From IMG/VR virus record IMGVR_UViG_3300031088_000008, positions 192,001 to 256,000 of that record: a stretch of 64,000 nt of DNA, one strand, 5' to 3'. Source of the DNA: a virus. Lineage: Duplodnaviria; Caudoviricetes. The notes under the pieces are model-generated. The model had not been told where the DNA came from. It worked only from the letters and a program-made list of their open reading frames with translations, and ran no database searches. Positions 28,326 to 37,671 of the stretch are shown one piece after another (position 1 is the stretch's first letter; each line of letters starts with the position of its first letter). Made by a program: the position numbers and the translations under genes.

Positions 28326-28355
28326 TATTTACCTACGGGGCGGGAGCGGTAAATA
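28326..28355. promoter_or_regulatory. Back-to-back TAAATA late-promoter boxes
   Basis: TATTTA 28326-28331 and TAAATA 28350-28355 between divergent structural operons. Confidence 0.65.
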
Positions 28356-28376
28356 GGGCACTAGGTGGAGATGTTG

Positions 28377-28841
28377 ATGAGTATCAAATTGATTGGCCGT
28401 TACAAGCCCCACGGTAGAGTACACTTCAAGAGAATCTACCGAGCCCCAGCAGTTGCCAACCCTCCTGTTTGGGTTACCAGCAGTGGATTGATTGGTGCCT
28501 ACAAAGAAGGCGAAGCCATTGATCTGGCGTTGATTGCCAGCGATCCCAATGGTGACATTCAAAGCTATTCAGTACATGATGGTCTTCTTCCCGACGGTGT
28601 ATCACTGAATGCAATCTCTGGTCACCTTCTTGGTACCATTGGTCAGGTTGGACAGGACACCACGTTTACCTTTACGGCTCGCGTCACGGATCGGACTGGA
28701 CTCTTTGCAGACCAGCAGTTCAACCTTGTGGTAAAGGATCTGGGAACGCAAGTCAGCTGGGAAACACCAAGTGGTAGCTTGGGAGCCGGTGACAGTGGTA
28801 TGGATTACTCCAAGCAAGTAAAGGCAAACAGCAATGGCTAA
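28377..28841 (+). CDS. He_PIG Ig-domain adaptor, module 1 gene A
   Basis: One full PPVW...LPDGVSL...FTARVTD domain plus a C-terminal partial domain. Confidence 0.8.
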   Translation: MSIKLIGRYKPHGRVHFKRIYRAPAVANPPVWVTSSGLIGAYKEGEAIDLALIASDPNGDIQSYSVHDGLLPDGVSLNAISGHLLGTIGQVGQDTTFTFTARVTDRTGLFADQQFNLVVKDLGTQVSWETPSGSLGAGDSGMDYSKQVKANSNG

Positions 28842-29997
28842 AGGACAGATCCAATACACGATTGCTGGCGGTGATCTTCCCGTTGGCGTTAGAATGGAAC
28901 CCAACACTGGTGCCCTAATGGGCAACTTGAGTCCGGAGAATGTTGGTGCAGGTCCCGTTTGGAATGGACCTGACAATGGTGCCGTTCTAGGAAGTGCAAA
29001 CGTTGGTGACAATGTCAACTTCACGGCCATCAATGTTGCACCACGTGCAGGCAAGACGCTTGCAGGTGTTGCGGTTGTTGGTAGGCGTCCACTTCCCTGG
29101 GGTCTCAGAATGGAACCCAAGACTGGTGCCATCACAGGAAAGGTTGCAGAACTCAAAGGTGAACAGCTTAACCAAACAACCAATACCAATCCACCACTTT
29201 GGGTCACACAGTTTGGTACTCTGGCCAGCTTCTCGGAAAGTGCAACGGTAAGCCTAACGGTTGCCGCAACACCACAGGCAAACAAGACACACAGAAGTTA
29301 CACCGTTGCTTCTGGTGGTCTGCCCTGGGGATTGAGCTTGGATCCCCGCAGTGGTAAGATCACAGGAACTGCTCTGGAACTTAAGGCTCCTGGCTTTGAT
29401 CTTGGCCTGAGTCCATCGGTGTTGACACCTCCGGTGTGGACCACACTTCCTGGAACCCTTAAGGTGTTCAACGAAACCGATGTTCTAAGCACCGCTAACG
29501 CGAATACTATCACGTTGGCTGCATCTGGACAAGCCGGTAAGACAATGGCAAGTTACCGAGTAATTGGTGGCGCTCTGCCCTGGGGCTTTGGTATTGATCC
29601 AAGGACTGGTGTCATTTCAGGAACGGCCGCAGAAGTAAAGCTGGCAACCGATCCCGTCTATTATGATCGTACCAAGGATCCCGTGTTGTCCAACACCGTT
29701 ACGGTAAATGGTAGCTCAATGGTGTTGACCAGCGATGGTTCCAGCTTGGGATCATTTGCCAAAGGTGCCGCGGTATCTGCTCAGATGGTTGTTCAACCAT
29801 ACGCAGGTCGAACCGCCCGAGCACACTTGGTCAATGGAACTCTACCAATTGGTCTTACCTTTGACAGCACGGGCAAGATTCAGGGAACTATTGCGTCCAC
29901 TAAGTATGTGACTAGTGGAGTCTACAATTTTACCGTAAGGGTCGTGGATAATATTCAGGCTTACAGCCTCCGCGCCTATTCTATCACTGTTCAGTAA
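28834..29997 (+). CDS. Multi He_PIG Ig-repeat protein, module 1 gene B
   Basis: Five LP(W/V/I)G...G.I.G repeats. Confidence 0.85.
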   Translation: MAKGQIQYTIAGGDLPVGVRMEPNTGALMGNLSPENVGAGPVWNGPDNGAVLGSANVGDNVNFTAINVAPRAGKTLAGVAVVGRRPLPWGLRMEPKTGAITGKVAELKGEQLNQTTNTNPPLWVTQFGTLASFSESATVSLTVAATPQANKTHRSYTVASGGLPWGLSLDPRSGKITGTALELKAPGFDLGLSPSVLTPPVWTTLPGTLKVFNETDVLSTANANTITLAASGQAGKTMASYRVIGGALPWGFGIDPRTGVISGTAAEVKLATDPVYYDRTKDPVLSNTVTVNGSSMVLTSDGSSLGSFAKGAAVSAQMVVQPYAGRTARAHLVNGTLPIGLTFDSTGKIQGTIASTKYVTSGVYNFTVRVVDNIQAYSLRAYSITVQ

Positions 29998-30008
29998 AGG
30001 AACAAACA

Positions 30009-31283
30009 ATGGCAAACTTCAACTTTACCGTTCGCGCCACGGACAGTGACGGTGCATACGCTGATCGTAATTTTGCGATCACCATCAATAACACTCGTGT
30101 TGAGCGCTACATGGTTGTTGACAACATTCACGCTTATACCAGTCCCGATCTTGTCAACTGGACCACACGAAACAACCAGGGTGGTTGGGACGTTTCCTAT
30201 GGCAACAGCATGTGGTTGATTGCAACCACCAGCGCGACTCCAGCTGCGACTCCTCAGGGCCTAGCATCACTCGGCGGTAGCGCCTATTATGCCAAGAGCA
30301 CCTTTGTTGTTCGAAAGAGCCCCGATGGTGTTAACTTCAGCATCATCAATCAAGCAGACATGACCTTTCTAAAGCCTGATGGCACCGCCTTTGTGGTCCC
30401 CTCAGTGGCCACCAACTACATGGTCAACGGTCGCCTGTCCTTTTCCAATGGCTTCTTTTGGTATCCAATGAGCTGGGGAACAAATTACACCACGACCGCG
30501 GCCAACTATACTTCTTATATTGCACGAAGCCCCGATGGTATTACTTGGACGATGTTTGCTTCACCAAACAAAGGTGCTTTTTACTATGATAACAGCCAGT
30601 ATGGCCATTATTTTCGTTCCTTCCACAAGGTAACGGACAGTGGCGCCGATCTATTCCTCCCCAGCTATGGCACGGCAAATGGTCACGTTGGTGGTCTCTA
30701 TGGATGGAAGAGCAGCGATCTTGGTGCTACTTGGACACCAGTCATCGACAGCACAGGAAAGGTAAACAATTCAACCGCGTTTATCTCCACGTATCTGACC
30801 CGCATCAATGGTCTTTATCTGGCAGCCAACCCTTCTAGCACAAGTCAGCCAGTCATGGTAAGCAATGATGGATACAATTGGTCCCCTTGTAATGTGATGG
30901 CCAACTCCATTAATGGTCAGGTAGCTGACATTGTCTATGCAAATGGAACCTTGTATGCTCATAGTTTCTCGTCAACCAGTCTATCTGGTTCATATTCCAG
31001 CACCCTGACGAGCACCGATGGCATCAATTGGACCAACGTTACACCAGCTGGCATGCAGATGTCGGCCAATAGCCCAAGTACAAACAATGTGATGACACTG
31101 ATTTACAAGAACGGCTACGTGATTCACGGACAGAGTTCCGCTTCAACTTCCTCTCAGTATCCCATGTATTACCAGTTCGCTGGTTCGGCTGATGGATTCG
31201 TCAGACCGGCTACTCCCTTTGTTGGTTCTGGCACTCCGACGCCATTTACCTACACCAACGGTATTGCGGCAATGGGAAGCTAA
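30009..31283 (+). CDS. Asp-box/BNR beta-propeller protein (putative receptor-binding), module 1 gene C
   Basis: Repeated SPDG(I/V)xW, SSDLGATW, STDGINW; N-terminal FTVRATD. Confidence 0.8.
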   Translation: MANFNFTVRATDSDGAYADRNFAITINNTRVERYMVVDNIHAYTSPDLVNWTTRNNQGGWDVSYGNSMWLIATTSATPAATPQGLASLGGSAYYAKSTFVVRKSPDGVNFSIINQADMTFLKPDGTAFVVPSVATNYMVNGRLSFSNGFFWYPMSWGTNYTTTAANYTSYIARSPDGITWTMFASPNKGAFYYDNSQYGHYFRSFHKVTDSGADLFLPSYGTANGHVGGLYGWKSSDLGATWTPVIDSTGKVNNSTAFISTYLTRINGLYLAANPSSTSQPVMVSNDGYNWSPCNVMANSINGQVADIVYANGTLYAHSFSSTSLSGSYSSTLTSTDGINWTNVTPAGMQMSANSPSTNNVMTLIYKNGYVIHGQSSASTSSQYPMYYQFAGSADGFVRPATPFVGSGTPTPFTYTNGIAAMGS

Positions 31284-31296
31284 TCTATACGATACT

Positions 31297-31327
31297 TTGG
31301 GGAGAGTGGAAACGCTCTCCCCATTTC
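31297..31327 (+). terminator. Rho-independent terminator
   Basis: TGGGGAGAG-loop-CTCTCCCCA then TTT. Confidence 0.7.
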
Positions 31328-31364
31328 CATGAGTGGGTAAATAGACGACTAATGGAGGTAAACG

Positions 31365-32084
31365 ATGAGCATTCGCATCACAGGTCGGTACAAACCCCGT
31401 GGAATACTTCGATTTGCACCCCTGGTTACTGTTCCTTCCTTTGAGACACTTGCATCCATTACGCCAACAAGTGGTCAAATGGGCACCACATTCACAGGTG
31501 TGGATCCCATAGTCAGGAATGCAGTGATCATCAATCGAGCGTGGTTGTTGAATGGTGTAGTGGTTCCCAACCAGACTCTCAATACCTACCTTAGTGATGG
31601 TACGGGAAGTCTAGTCTACAGGGTCACGGCTAGGGGTCAGGGAGGAACGGTTGTTTCCTCATCCACCCCAGTAACCGTTACGGCCAATCCTGCCAAGCAG
31701 AACGCGCCACGATGGATAACTCAGCCAGGTCTTCTGGGAACCTTTGCGGAAGGTTCCAGTATCAGCATTCCACTACAGGCAAGCGATCAGGACAACAATA
31801 TTGCCAGCTATTCCATTACCGGCGGCACGCTGCCCAATGGTACATCGCTGAATATGTTCGATGGTCTATTATCGGGAACACTGGCCGAGGTTGCCTCCGA
31901 TACCGTCTATACTTTTGAGATCACGGTCACGGATCGTACCAACCTCAAATTGGTGGGAAGTTTCTCCATCAACGTTGCCAACGTCAAGACCACGGTTGTC
32001 TGGAACACCGACAATGATCAGTCACTGGCATCCCCGGCCCCTGGTGAGCCGGTGAGCGTTTCCTTGGGAGCATCGAGCAGCTAA
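31365..32084 (+). CDS. He_PIG Ig-domain adaptor, module 2 gene A
   Basis: Paralog of 28377..28841 with an extra Ig domain; TAAATA at 31338. Confidence 0.8.
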   Translation: MSIRITGRYKPRGILRFAPLVTVPSFETLASITPTSGQMGTTFTGVDPIVRNAVIINRAWLLNGVVVPNQTLNTYLSDGTGSLVYRVTARGQGGTVVSSSTPVTVTANPAKQNAPRWITQPGLLGTFAEGSSISIPLQASDQDNNIASYSITGGTLPNGTSLNMFDGLLSGTLAEVASDTVYTFEITVTDRTNLKLVGSFSINVANVKTTVVWNTDNDQSLASPAPGEPVSVSLGASSS

Positions 32085-33229
32085 TGGCAAAGACACTGAA
32101 GATCCGCTACACAGTTCAGTCGGGCCCTTTGCCCAATGGACTAACATTGAACCCCGATACAGGTCTTCTGGAAGGCAATGTGGGCTGGGACGCACTTGGG
32201 CTAGGGCCTCGATGGACAGGCCCCAAGGCGGGCTCCATTGGCGCCTACAATGAGAACGATCCATTCGATGCCGCAACCTTCTCGGCCACAACTGATAAGA
32301 CGCCGGTCAGATACAGTATCGTCGGTGGTGTGATCCCCTGGGGTCTGGTGTTTAACGCACAGAGTGGCATGTTGACTGGCACGATCTCCCCGCTAAAACA
32401 GAGAACCAACGAGACGGCATCCAACTATGATGGCCCGGCTTGGAACACTTCCTTTGGTACCCTGGCAAACTTTGATGAAGGTTCGACCTCATCGCTGGTT
32501 CTTTCCGCTACACCAATTGGCAACAGGACGATGCGTGGTTTCCAGATCGTTGATGGCTATCTTCCCTGGGGACTGAGGCTGGACTTGAACAGTGGTATTA
32601 TCTCTGGTAATACCGCGCCACTGAAGAACCCCGGTGCCTATGTGGATGTTCCCAAACTGCCCGTTCCAGTCTGGACCACACCCGGCGGCACGATGGGAAC
32701 TTTTGATGAGTTGGCAACCTTCAACCTAACTCTCGCGGCTACTCCAGCCTCTGGTCGTTCAATGGCAAAATACAACATCAACCGTGGTGCATTGCCATTT
32801 GGTTTGAGGCTAAACCAGAGAACAGGTGCTATCACTGGTGACTTCGCCAACATGTTCGTTGAAGAAGCTAGTTTTGTTGATCCGGCTAACAATCCAACGA
32901 TCTCCAACGCGATGGTAATTCAGAGTGGAAACGCTATCGTGGCAGATGGTGGGTCTCTGGGCTCCTATGCCAAAGGTACCGAGGTAAGTATTGGTTTGAT
33001 TGCAAGGGCGATCACAGGGCGCCAGATCAAGAGCTACCAGATAACCAGCGGTTATCTACCATTTGGTCTGAGGTTGAATCTTCAAAATGGTGTAATCTCT
33101 GGAACCGTTCTAAACAACATTAGAACACAGAGTGGAACCTATACTTTCACCGTTCAAGTTTACGACAAAGGCGATGCTCTGCTTCGTCAGAACTCGGTAA
33201 GCCGAACCTATTCTATCACTGTCCAGTAA
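32084..33229 (+). CDS. Multi He_PIG Ig-repeat protein, module 2 gene B
   Basis: Paralog of 28834..29997; both end YSITVQ. Confidence 0.85.
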   Translation: MAKTLKIRYTVQSGPLPNGLTLNPDTGLLEGNVGWDALGLGPRWTGPKAGSIGAYNENDPFDAATFSATTDKTPVRYSIVGGVIPWGLVFNAQSGMLTGTISPLKQRTNETASNYDGPAWNTSFGTLANFDEGSTSSLVLSATPIGNRTMRGFQIVDGYLPWGLRLDLNSGIISGNTAPLKNPGAYVDVPKLPVPVWTTPGGTMGTFDELATFNLTLAATPASGRSMAKYNINRGALPFGLRLNQRTGAITGDFANMFVEEASFVDPANNPTISNAMVIQSGNAIVADGGSLGSYAKGTEVSIGLIARAITGRQIKSYQITSGYLPFGLRLNLQNGVISGTVLNNIRTQSGTYTFTVQVYDKGDALLRQNSVSRTYSITVQ

Positions 33230-33241
33230 GAGGTAAACCAA

Positions 33242-34468
33242 ATGGCAGTATTTCCTTTCACCGTCCGTGCAACTGATAGCGAAGGTTCCTATGCGGATCG
33301 TCAGTTCTCCATTACGGTTCGCAACAGTCGCGTTGAACGCTTTATGCTTCTAAATGCTACCGATGCCTACACCAGCCCAGATGCAACCTCTTGGACCAAG
33401 AGGACCGGTCAGGGTGGTACAATGTGTGCCTATGGTAATGGTTTCTGGCTCACAGTATTGACAAATCAGACCAATCAGTTTGGCTCGTTCAGTGGTATCT
33501 CCATCCGTAAATCAACTGATGGTATCAACTACCAGTTCTCTCCTGGTACTTCTCTGACCTTTCTAAAAAGTGATGGTACACCCTGGTCCACTAATCTTAA
33601 CCTATTCTTTGGCATGGGTACTCCAACCAGCGGCTACAAGTTGACGTTTTGGAACGGTAAGTTTTGGTTCCTGTCTCCGGGAAATACATTGACCTCTGCT
33701 GTCATCGCAAACACAATGCTCTTGTGGTCGTCGCCGGATGGCCTGACGTGGACCTCGACGGTTCTCAATACGTCCACCAGTGCCACCAATGCCATTAGCA
33801 TGAACTCTGTTGGAAACATCTTTTCTGTCAGCGTTTCCGATGGTGTAATGATGGTTCCAAACTATGCTCTAGGTGGCACCACCTTCTGCATGGGTTGGGT
33901 AACCAGCGATGGCGTAAACTTTACCCAGCTTAAGAACAGTGCAAGTTCCGCGGCAACTAATCAATACAGTCACAGCCTGACGCGAATCAATGGTCTATAC
34001 CTGTCCATGTACAATCAGGTTACCGGTACTGGTACATCTTCCTATAACATCTATCAGTTTTCTACTGATGGTCTTAACTGGACAACCGCACCATTGCCCA
34101 CCACCCCAAGTGGATCAAACTACTCAGGTCCGTTCTTTTATATGAATGGCTTGGTTTATAGTTTCTACTCGTCCACTGTCGCCAACCAGCCTGCTTCATT
34201 CCTTTACTCCAGTGATGCAATCAATTGGACCATTGGCCAGTTTCAGAGTTCTACCAATGCCACTGGTAGCTTTCCCTACTCGGTTGTTGCGAAGAATGGC
34301 TTGCTGGTTGCAGCTTGTCAGAAACAGATGGCTACTGACCTGCCAAACTCTTCCCCCGGCACTCCCACCAATGGTATTAGGGTGTCGGTTGATGGCTTGA
34401 CCTTTACCAGTGTGAGTCTTCCAGGATTGCCAACTGACTTGGTTTCGGACTTGGCTGCAATGAGCTAA
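33242..34468 (+). CDS. Asp-box/BNR beta-propeller protein, module 2 gene C
   Basis: Paralog of 30009..31283; starts FPFTVRATDSEGSYADRQF. Confidence 0.8.
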   Translation: MAVFPFTVRATDSEGSYADRQFSITVRNSRVERFMLLNATDAYTSPDATSWTKRTGQGGTMCAYGNGFWLTVLTNQTNQFGSFSGISIRKSTDGINYQFSPGTSLTFLKSDGTPWSTNLNLFFGMGTPTSGYKLTFWNGKFWFLSPGNTLTSAVIANTMLLWSSPDGLTWTSTVLNTSTSATNAISMNSVGNIFSVSVSDGVMMVPNYALGGTTFCMGWVTSDGVNFTQLKNSASSAATNQYSHSLTRINGLYLSMYNQVTGTGTSSYNIYQFSTDGLNWTTAPLPTTPSGSNYSGPFFYMNGLVYSFYSSTVANQPASFLYSSDAINWTIGQFQSSTNATGSFPYSVVAKNGLLVAACQKQMATDLPNSSPGTPTNGIRVSVDGLTFTSVSLPGLPTDLVSDLAAMS

Positions 34469-34474
34469 GGGTGT

Positions 34475-34503
34475 GGCCCAGGGTTCCTTAAAACCCTGGG
34501 CCC
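34475..34503 (+). terminator. Hairpin terminator ending late operon
   Basis: GCCCAGGGTT-loop-AACCCTGGGC. Confidence 0.6.
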
Positions 34504-34622
34504 ATTAACTATACCTGTTAGGGTTAATAAAAAGAGTTGGAAAGTGGCTCTTATTCTGGTTGACTGGCTCTTTGTTGGTGCTAATTCTGGTACATCGGAA
34601 ACGCACACAGGAGTTTGGCAAA

Positions 34623-34919
34623 ATGAAGATCGGTAAAGTGTTCGAGACCCTGCAGGCAAACAAGAAGGTCGAGAAGATCGAGTTCGCTTTCGGCAAGTCC
34701 AAAGTAACGCTCAAGCAGGGCTTCAAGACTGGCGACGAACGTGTTGCCCTTTGTGCAAACGCCCGGGAAGCAAACGCTTTCGTCCGCGCTGCCAAGCCCG
34801 TCGCTGTGGTGCCGGAAATGAAGACCGTTACGAACATGATGAGCGGCAAGCCCATCCAGATCGCTGCTGATACTCCTCGTTGCTGCGATCCGTCGACCGA
34901 ACTTTACTGGAGCATGTAA
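34623..34919 (+). CDS. Hypothetical early protein
   Basis: Promoter, AGGAG RBS, followed by GGGGC-TTCG-GCCCC terminator. Confidence 0.75.
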   Translation: MKIGKVFETLQANKKVEKIEFAFGKSKVTLKQGFKTGDERVALCANAREANAFVRAAKPVAVVPEMKTVTNMMSGKPIQIAADTPRCCDPSTELYWSM

Positions 34920-34922
34920 AAC

Positions 34923-34948
34923 TGGGGGCTTCGGCCCCCAACTCATTT
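34923..34948 (+). terminator. Terminator hairpin
   Basis: TGGGGGC TTCG GCCCCCA. Confidence 0.7.
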
Positions 34949-34968
34949 CAATCACAGGGAGAAACCTC

Positions 34969-35445
34969 TTGAATAAGATCGTGAAGTATAGCCTGGTTGG
35001 CTTCGGTTCGTTCGTAGCACTTGGTACACTCGGGAATCTGCTACCTGATCAGCCAGTCCAGAATACCACAGTTGCTTCATCGACTGCCGCGCCGGAAAAG
35101 GTAACTGAAGTTACTGAAAAGAAAGAGGTCAAGGCCCCAATCGACAATACCAAACAAATCGCAAAGGTAGAGTCCGAACTCAAGCGTGAGGCCAAAATCA
35201 AAGACCTCTTCCACGATTCATCCCTTGCAGTTCAGTGGACCGTTGGAGTTCTGGATGACGGCTCACGCCGGTTCGGATATGCTGGATATGTTTGCCAAGT
35301 CATCACCGATGGAGGTGCGCTGGAAAACGACGGCAGCACCTATGTTCGAGTAGTCGACGTGGTAAAGGTTGCGAACGGCGAATCTCCTCGTTCTGCAAGT
35401 CTCGGACAGGTTCGTTGCAATGATCAGGAGGTTATCGAAAGATAA
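34969..35445 (+). CDS. Membrane-anchored hypothetical protein
   Basis: N-terminal hydrophobic segment. Confidence 0.7.
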   Translation: MNKIVKYSLVGFGSFVALGTLGNLLPDQPVQNTTVASSTAAPEKVTEVTEKKEVKAPIDNTKQIAKVESELKREAKIKDLFHDSSLAVQWTVGVLDDGSRRFGYAGYVCQVITDGGALENDGSTYVRVVDVVKVANGESPRSASLGQVRCNDQEVIER

Positions 35446-35593
35446 TGAGCAAAAGCAAATTCGGATCCTACCTGGGGCTGGCACTTGTGCTGGCCCTTCT
35501 CGTCCTCATGGTTTCTTTGATGTTTCTGTGAACTCTTTGGTTGCAAGCTGGTAACCAGGTTGTAAAAAGAGAACAACAGCAAGGAGATCAAAG

Positions 35594-35809
35594 ATGGCCG
35601 GCAAGCGCAGCTTGGAAGTAGTTCTCAAAAACTGGAACGCAGGTGATCGAGTAGCAGCCGTTGGCGCGCTCGAGGACGCGGGCATCCAGATCGCTGAAGC
35701 GCGTCAGAATTGGATCCAGGTTCGCAACACGACGCCAACCGAAATCCGCCGTCTCGTCAAGCCCACGGGCATCAAGATTCACAACATTGGCGAGGGCTTT
35801 CGTCGCTGA
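35594..35809 (+). CDS. Hypothetical protein
   Basis: AAGGAG RBS. Confidence 0.7.
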   Translation: MAGKRSLEVVLKNWNAGDRVAAVGALEDAGIQIAEARQNWIQVRNTTPTEIRRLVKPTGIKIHNIGEGFRR

Positions 35810-35866
35810 TCCTGGTTGACACCAGAAACCCAGAGTGCTAGGGCTGTGGCAACAAAGGAGCAAACG

Positions 35867-36154
35867 ATGATCGAACAAGCAAAGGCCCGCCTGCTGGAAA
35901 GCAACCTCTCGGCACAGGAACTGGCCGACATTGCGTCCTGCTCCTCAACGTCGGGCTCGTACAGCTGGGCAGAGATTGCGGCGGCCGCTGAGCTGTCCAT
36001 CAAGCCGGGTTCGATGGTTCGAATGGAGTTCGCAGAGGGGCTCTATGAGCTGGTTCACGTGGAGGCCATTGAAGATGGTGTCGTTTATGGAACTGGTGAA
36101 GATGGCGAGCCATTTTGCTCGCCGGTCAACAACTGTGAAGTGGAATCCACTTAA
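35867..36154 (+). CDS. Hypothetical protein
   Basis: Promoter plus AAGGAG RBS. Confidence 0.7.
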   Translation: MIEQAKARLLESNLSAQELADIASCSSTSGSYSWAEIAAAAELSIKPGSMVRMEFAEGLYELVHVEAIEDGVVYGTGEDGEPFCSPVNNCEVEST

Positions 36155-36357
36155 TGGACTTGATCTTTCAAGTCATCGCCCTCGCCTATATTGCCACAGG
36201 TACCTGGCTTGCCTGTGATACCATGGATGCCTGCGCGAAGAACGATCCCAAGTACACCCTGTTCCAGAACTTCGTCGGCCAATACATCATCGTCATGCTG
36301 GTGGTCGTTGGCTGGGGGTTTGTCTTTTTGTGGGTTTTCTTCCGCGAGAAGCGATAA
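36154..36357 (+). CDS. Small membrane protein
   Basis: TAATG overlap; two hydrophobic segments. Confidence 0.65.
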   Translation: MDLIFQVIALAYIATGTWLACDTMDACAKNDPKYTLFQNFVGQYIIVMLVVVGWGFVFLWVFFREKR

Positions 36358-36420
36358 ACTGGTTGCGCTCCTCACCAGTCCTGCTAGTGTCTGTTTATCG
36401 GAACAAACAGGAGTGAGCAA

Positions 36421-36708
36421 ATGCAGATCATCGCAACGCCAAACAGCCCGTATGGTAACGCCAGCGATCGCAGCTTCAAGACCGTTGGTAGCGCGCTGAC
36501 CTTTATCCTGCGCTCCTACTTTGTCAAAGGCGGTGTTGCCCGCCACGTCGCAGTCTACAACATGACTGCTCCTCTTGTGCGCTTCGACTTTACTGAAGAC
36601 ATGGAAATTATCCTGACGAGCGGGTCGGTTGACGATTGGAATGTTGGTGACGTCAAGACGCTCACGCAGGCTCTGAAGCTTGTGAAAACTTATCACCACG
36701 AGGGCTAA
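36421..36708 (+). CDS. Hypothetical protein
   Basis: Promoter cassette plus AGGAG. Confidence 0.7.
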   Translation: MQIIATPNSPYGNASDRSFKTVGSALTFILRSYFVKGGVARHVAVYNMTAPLVRFDFTEDMEIILTSGSVDDWNVGDVKTLTQALKLVKTYHHEG

Positions 36709-36767
36709 AAAGCGGTTGATCCCCTGTCCAGTTCTGCTATTCAGGATTGGACAGCAGGGAGATCGAG

Positions 36768-37199
36768 ATGCTCATTTACAGGATCGAAAGCGACGAAGGC
36801 AAGGGCATTTACAGTGCTGGCTTTGGTCATCGCTTTACCCGCGCAGTCCTGGAGGGAAATGAGGATCGGCTCTGCCATCCCAGCCCCGAAGAGGAAGAGG
36901 AACTCCGCGTCTTTTGGCTGGGCCTGAAAATGAGCCGGGCCAAGCAACGCGACTGGGAGCTCAATGGCCGGCGTGAGTGGTTTTGCGGCTTTGACAGCAT
37001 GGAGCAGCTTCTCGCCTGGTGGTCACGCGATGGTCTAAAGCTGATGTGGATGACGATGCTCAAGCATGGTCGCACGGCGCGGATCGTCACTTACAAGATC
37101 AACGCCAATCAGACAAAGCGTGGCACCAAGCAAACGGTGTTCCGCAAGGCCAAAGCTGAACAGATTGCAAGCCAGCCCTTGGAGCGTTTTGTTCCATAA
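36768..37199 (+). CDS. Hypothetical protein
   Basis: Promoter plus GGGAG. Confidence 0.7.
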   Translation: MLIYRIESDEGKGIYSAGFGHRFTRAVLEGNEDRLCHPSPEEEEELRVFWLGLKMSRAKQRDWELNGRREWFCGFDSMEQLLAWWSRDGLKLMWMTMLKHGRTARIVTYKINANQTKRGTKQTVFRKAKAEQIASQPLERFVP

Positions 37200-37234
37200 G
37201 ACGGTTGACAGTAGAGTTTTAGAAGCTAAGTTGG

Positions 37235-37450
37235 TTGAACAAGTTTGGTGCCCCCGATTTCAAAAAGTCCGAACGTCTTGGGCTTGGAGGCTCCAGCTGC
37301 CAAAGGTGACGATCTCGTTGTAGACAAAAATCATTGTCGTCCCGGGAGGTAAACGCGGTCGGGTAAGGGTGCTCAAGACGGGGTGTGCCGCGAAGCTGGA
37401 GAAAGACAAAGATCGTGGGGTGGATTGTTAGCGCAGTCCACCCCATTTTC
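37235..37450 (+). ncRNA. Candidate structured ncRNA
   Basis: Own promoter at 37203, several long-range complementary pairs, terminal GGGGTGGA/TCCACCCC hairpin plus TTTT. Confidence 0.45.
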
Positions 37451-37510
37451 TTGGTTGACAAGGATTGTTCTGGGATTAATACCAGAACATAGGCAACGAG
37501 GAGACAGTGG

Positions 37511-37669
37511 ATGCAGATCGAACGGGCGTTTAAGGCAGAGGATGTAAAAGATCTTCCGCGCTTCAAACAAAGCCAGGGCGCTCTGAACGATCAGCTGGCC
37601 CGTCTTTACGATGTCGCCAACCAGCTTGGGCTGTATGATGCAGCCAGCTTTATCTCGCGGAGTTTCTGA
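37511..37669 (+). CDS. Small hypothetical protein
   Basis: Promoter cassette plus GAGGAG; 52 aa. Confidence 0.6.
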   Translation: MQIERAFKAEDVKDLPRFKQSQGALNDQLARLYDVANQLGLYDAASFISRSF

Positions 37670-37671
37670 AC

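Noticed and set aside
28834-30009. Frameshifted or pseudogenised single large Ig protein
   Set aside because: The same breakpoints, with RBSs or overlapping start/stop junctions, recur in the paralogous module, so the split looks evolved
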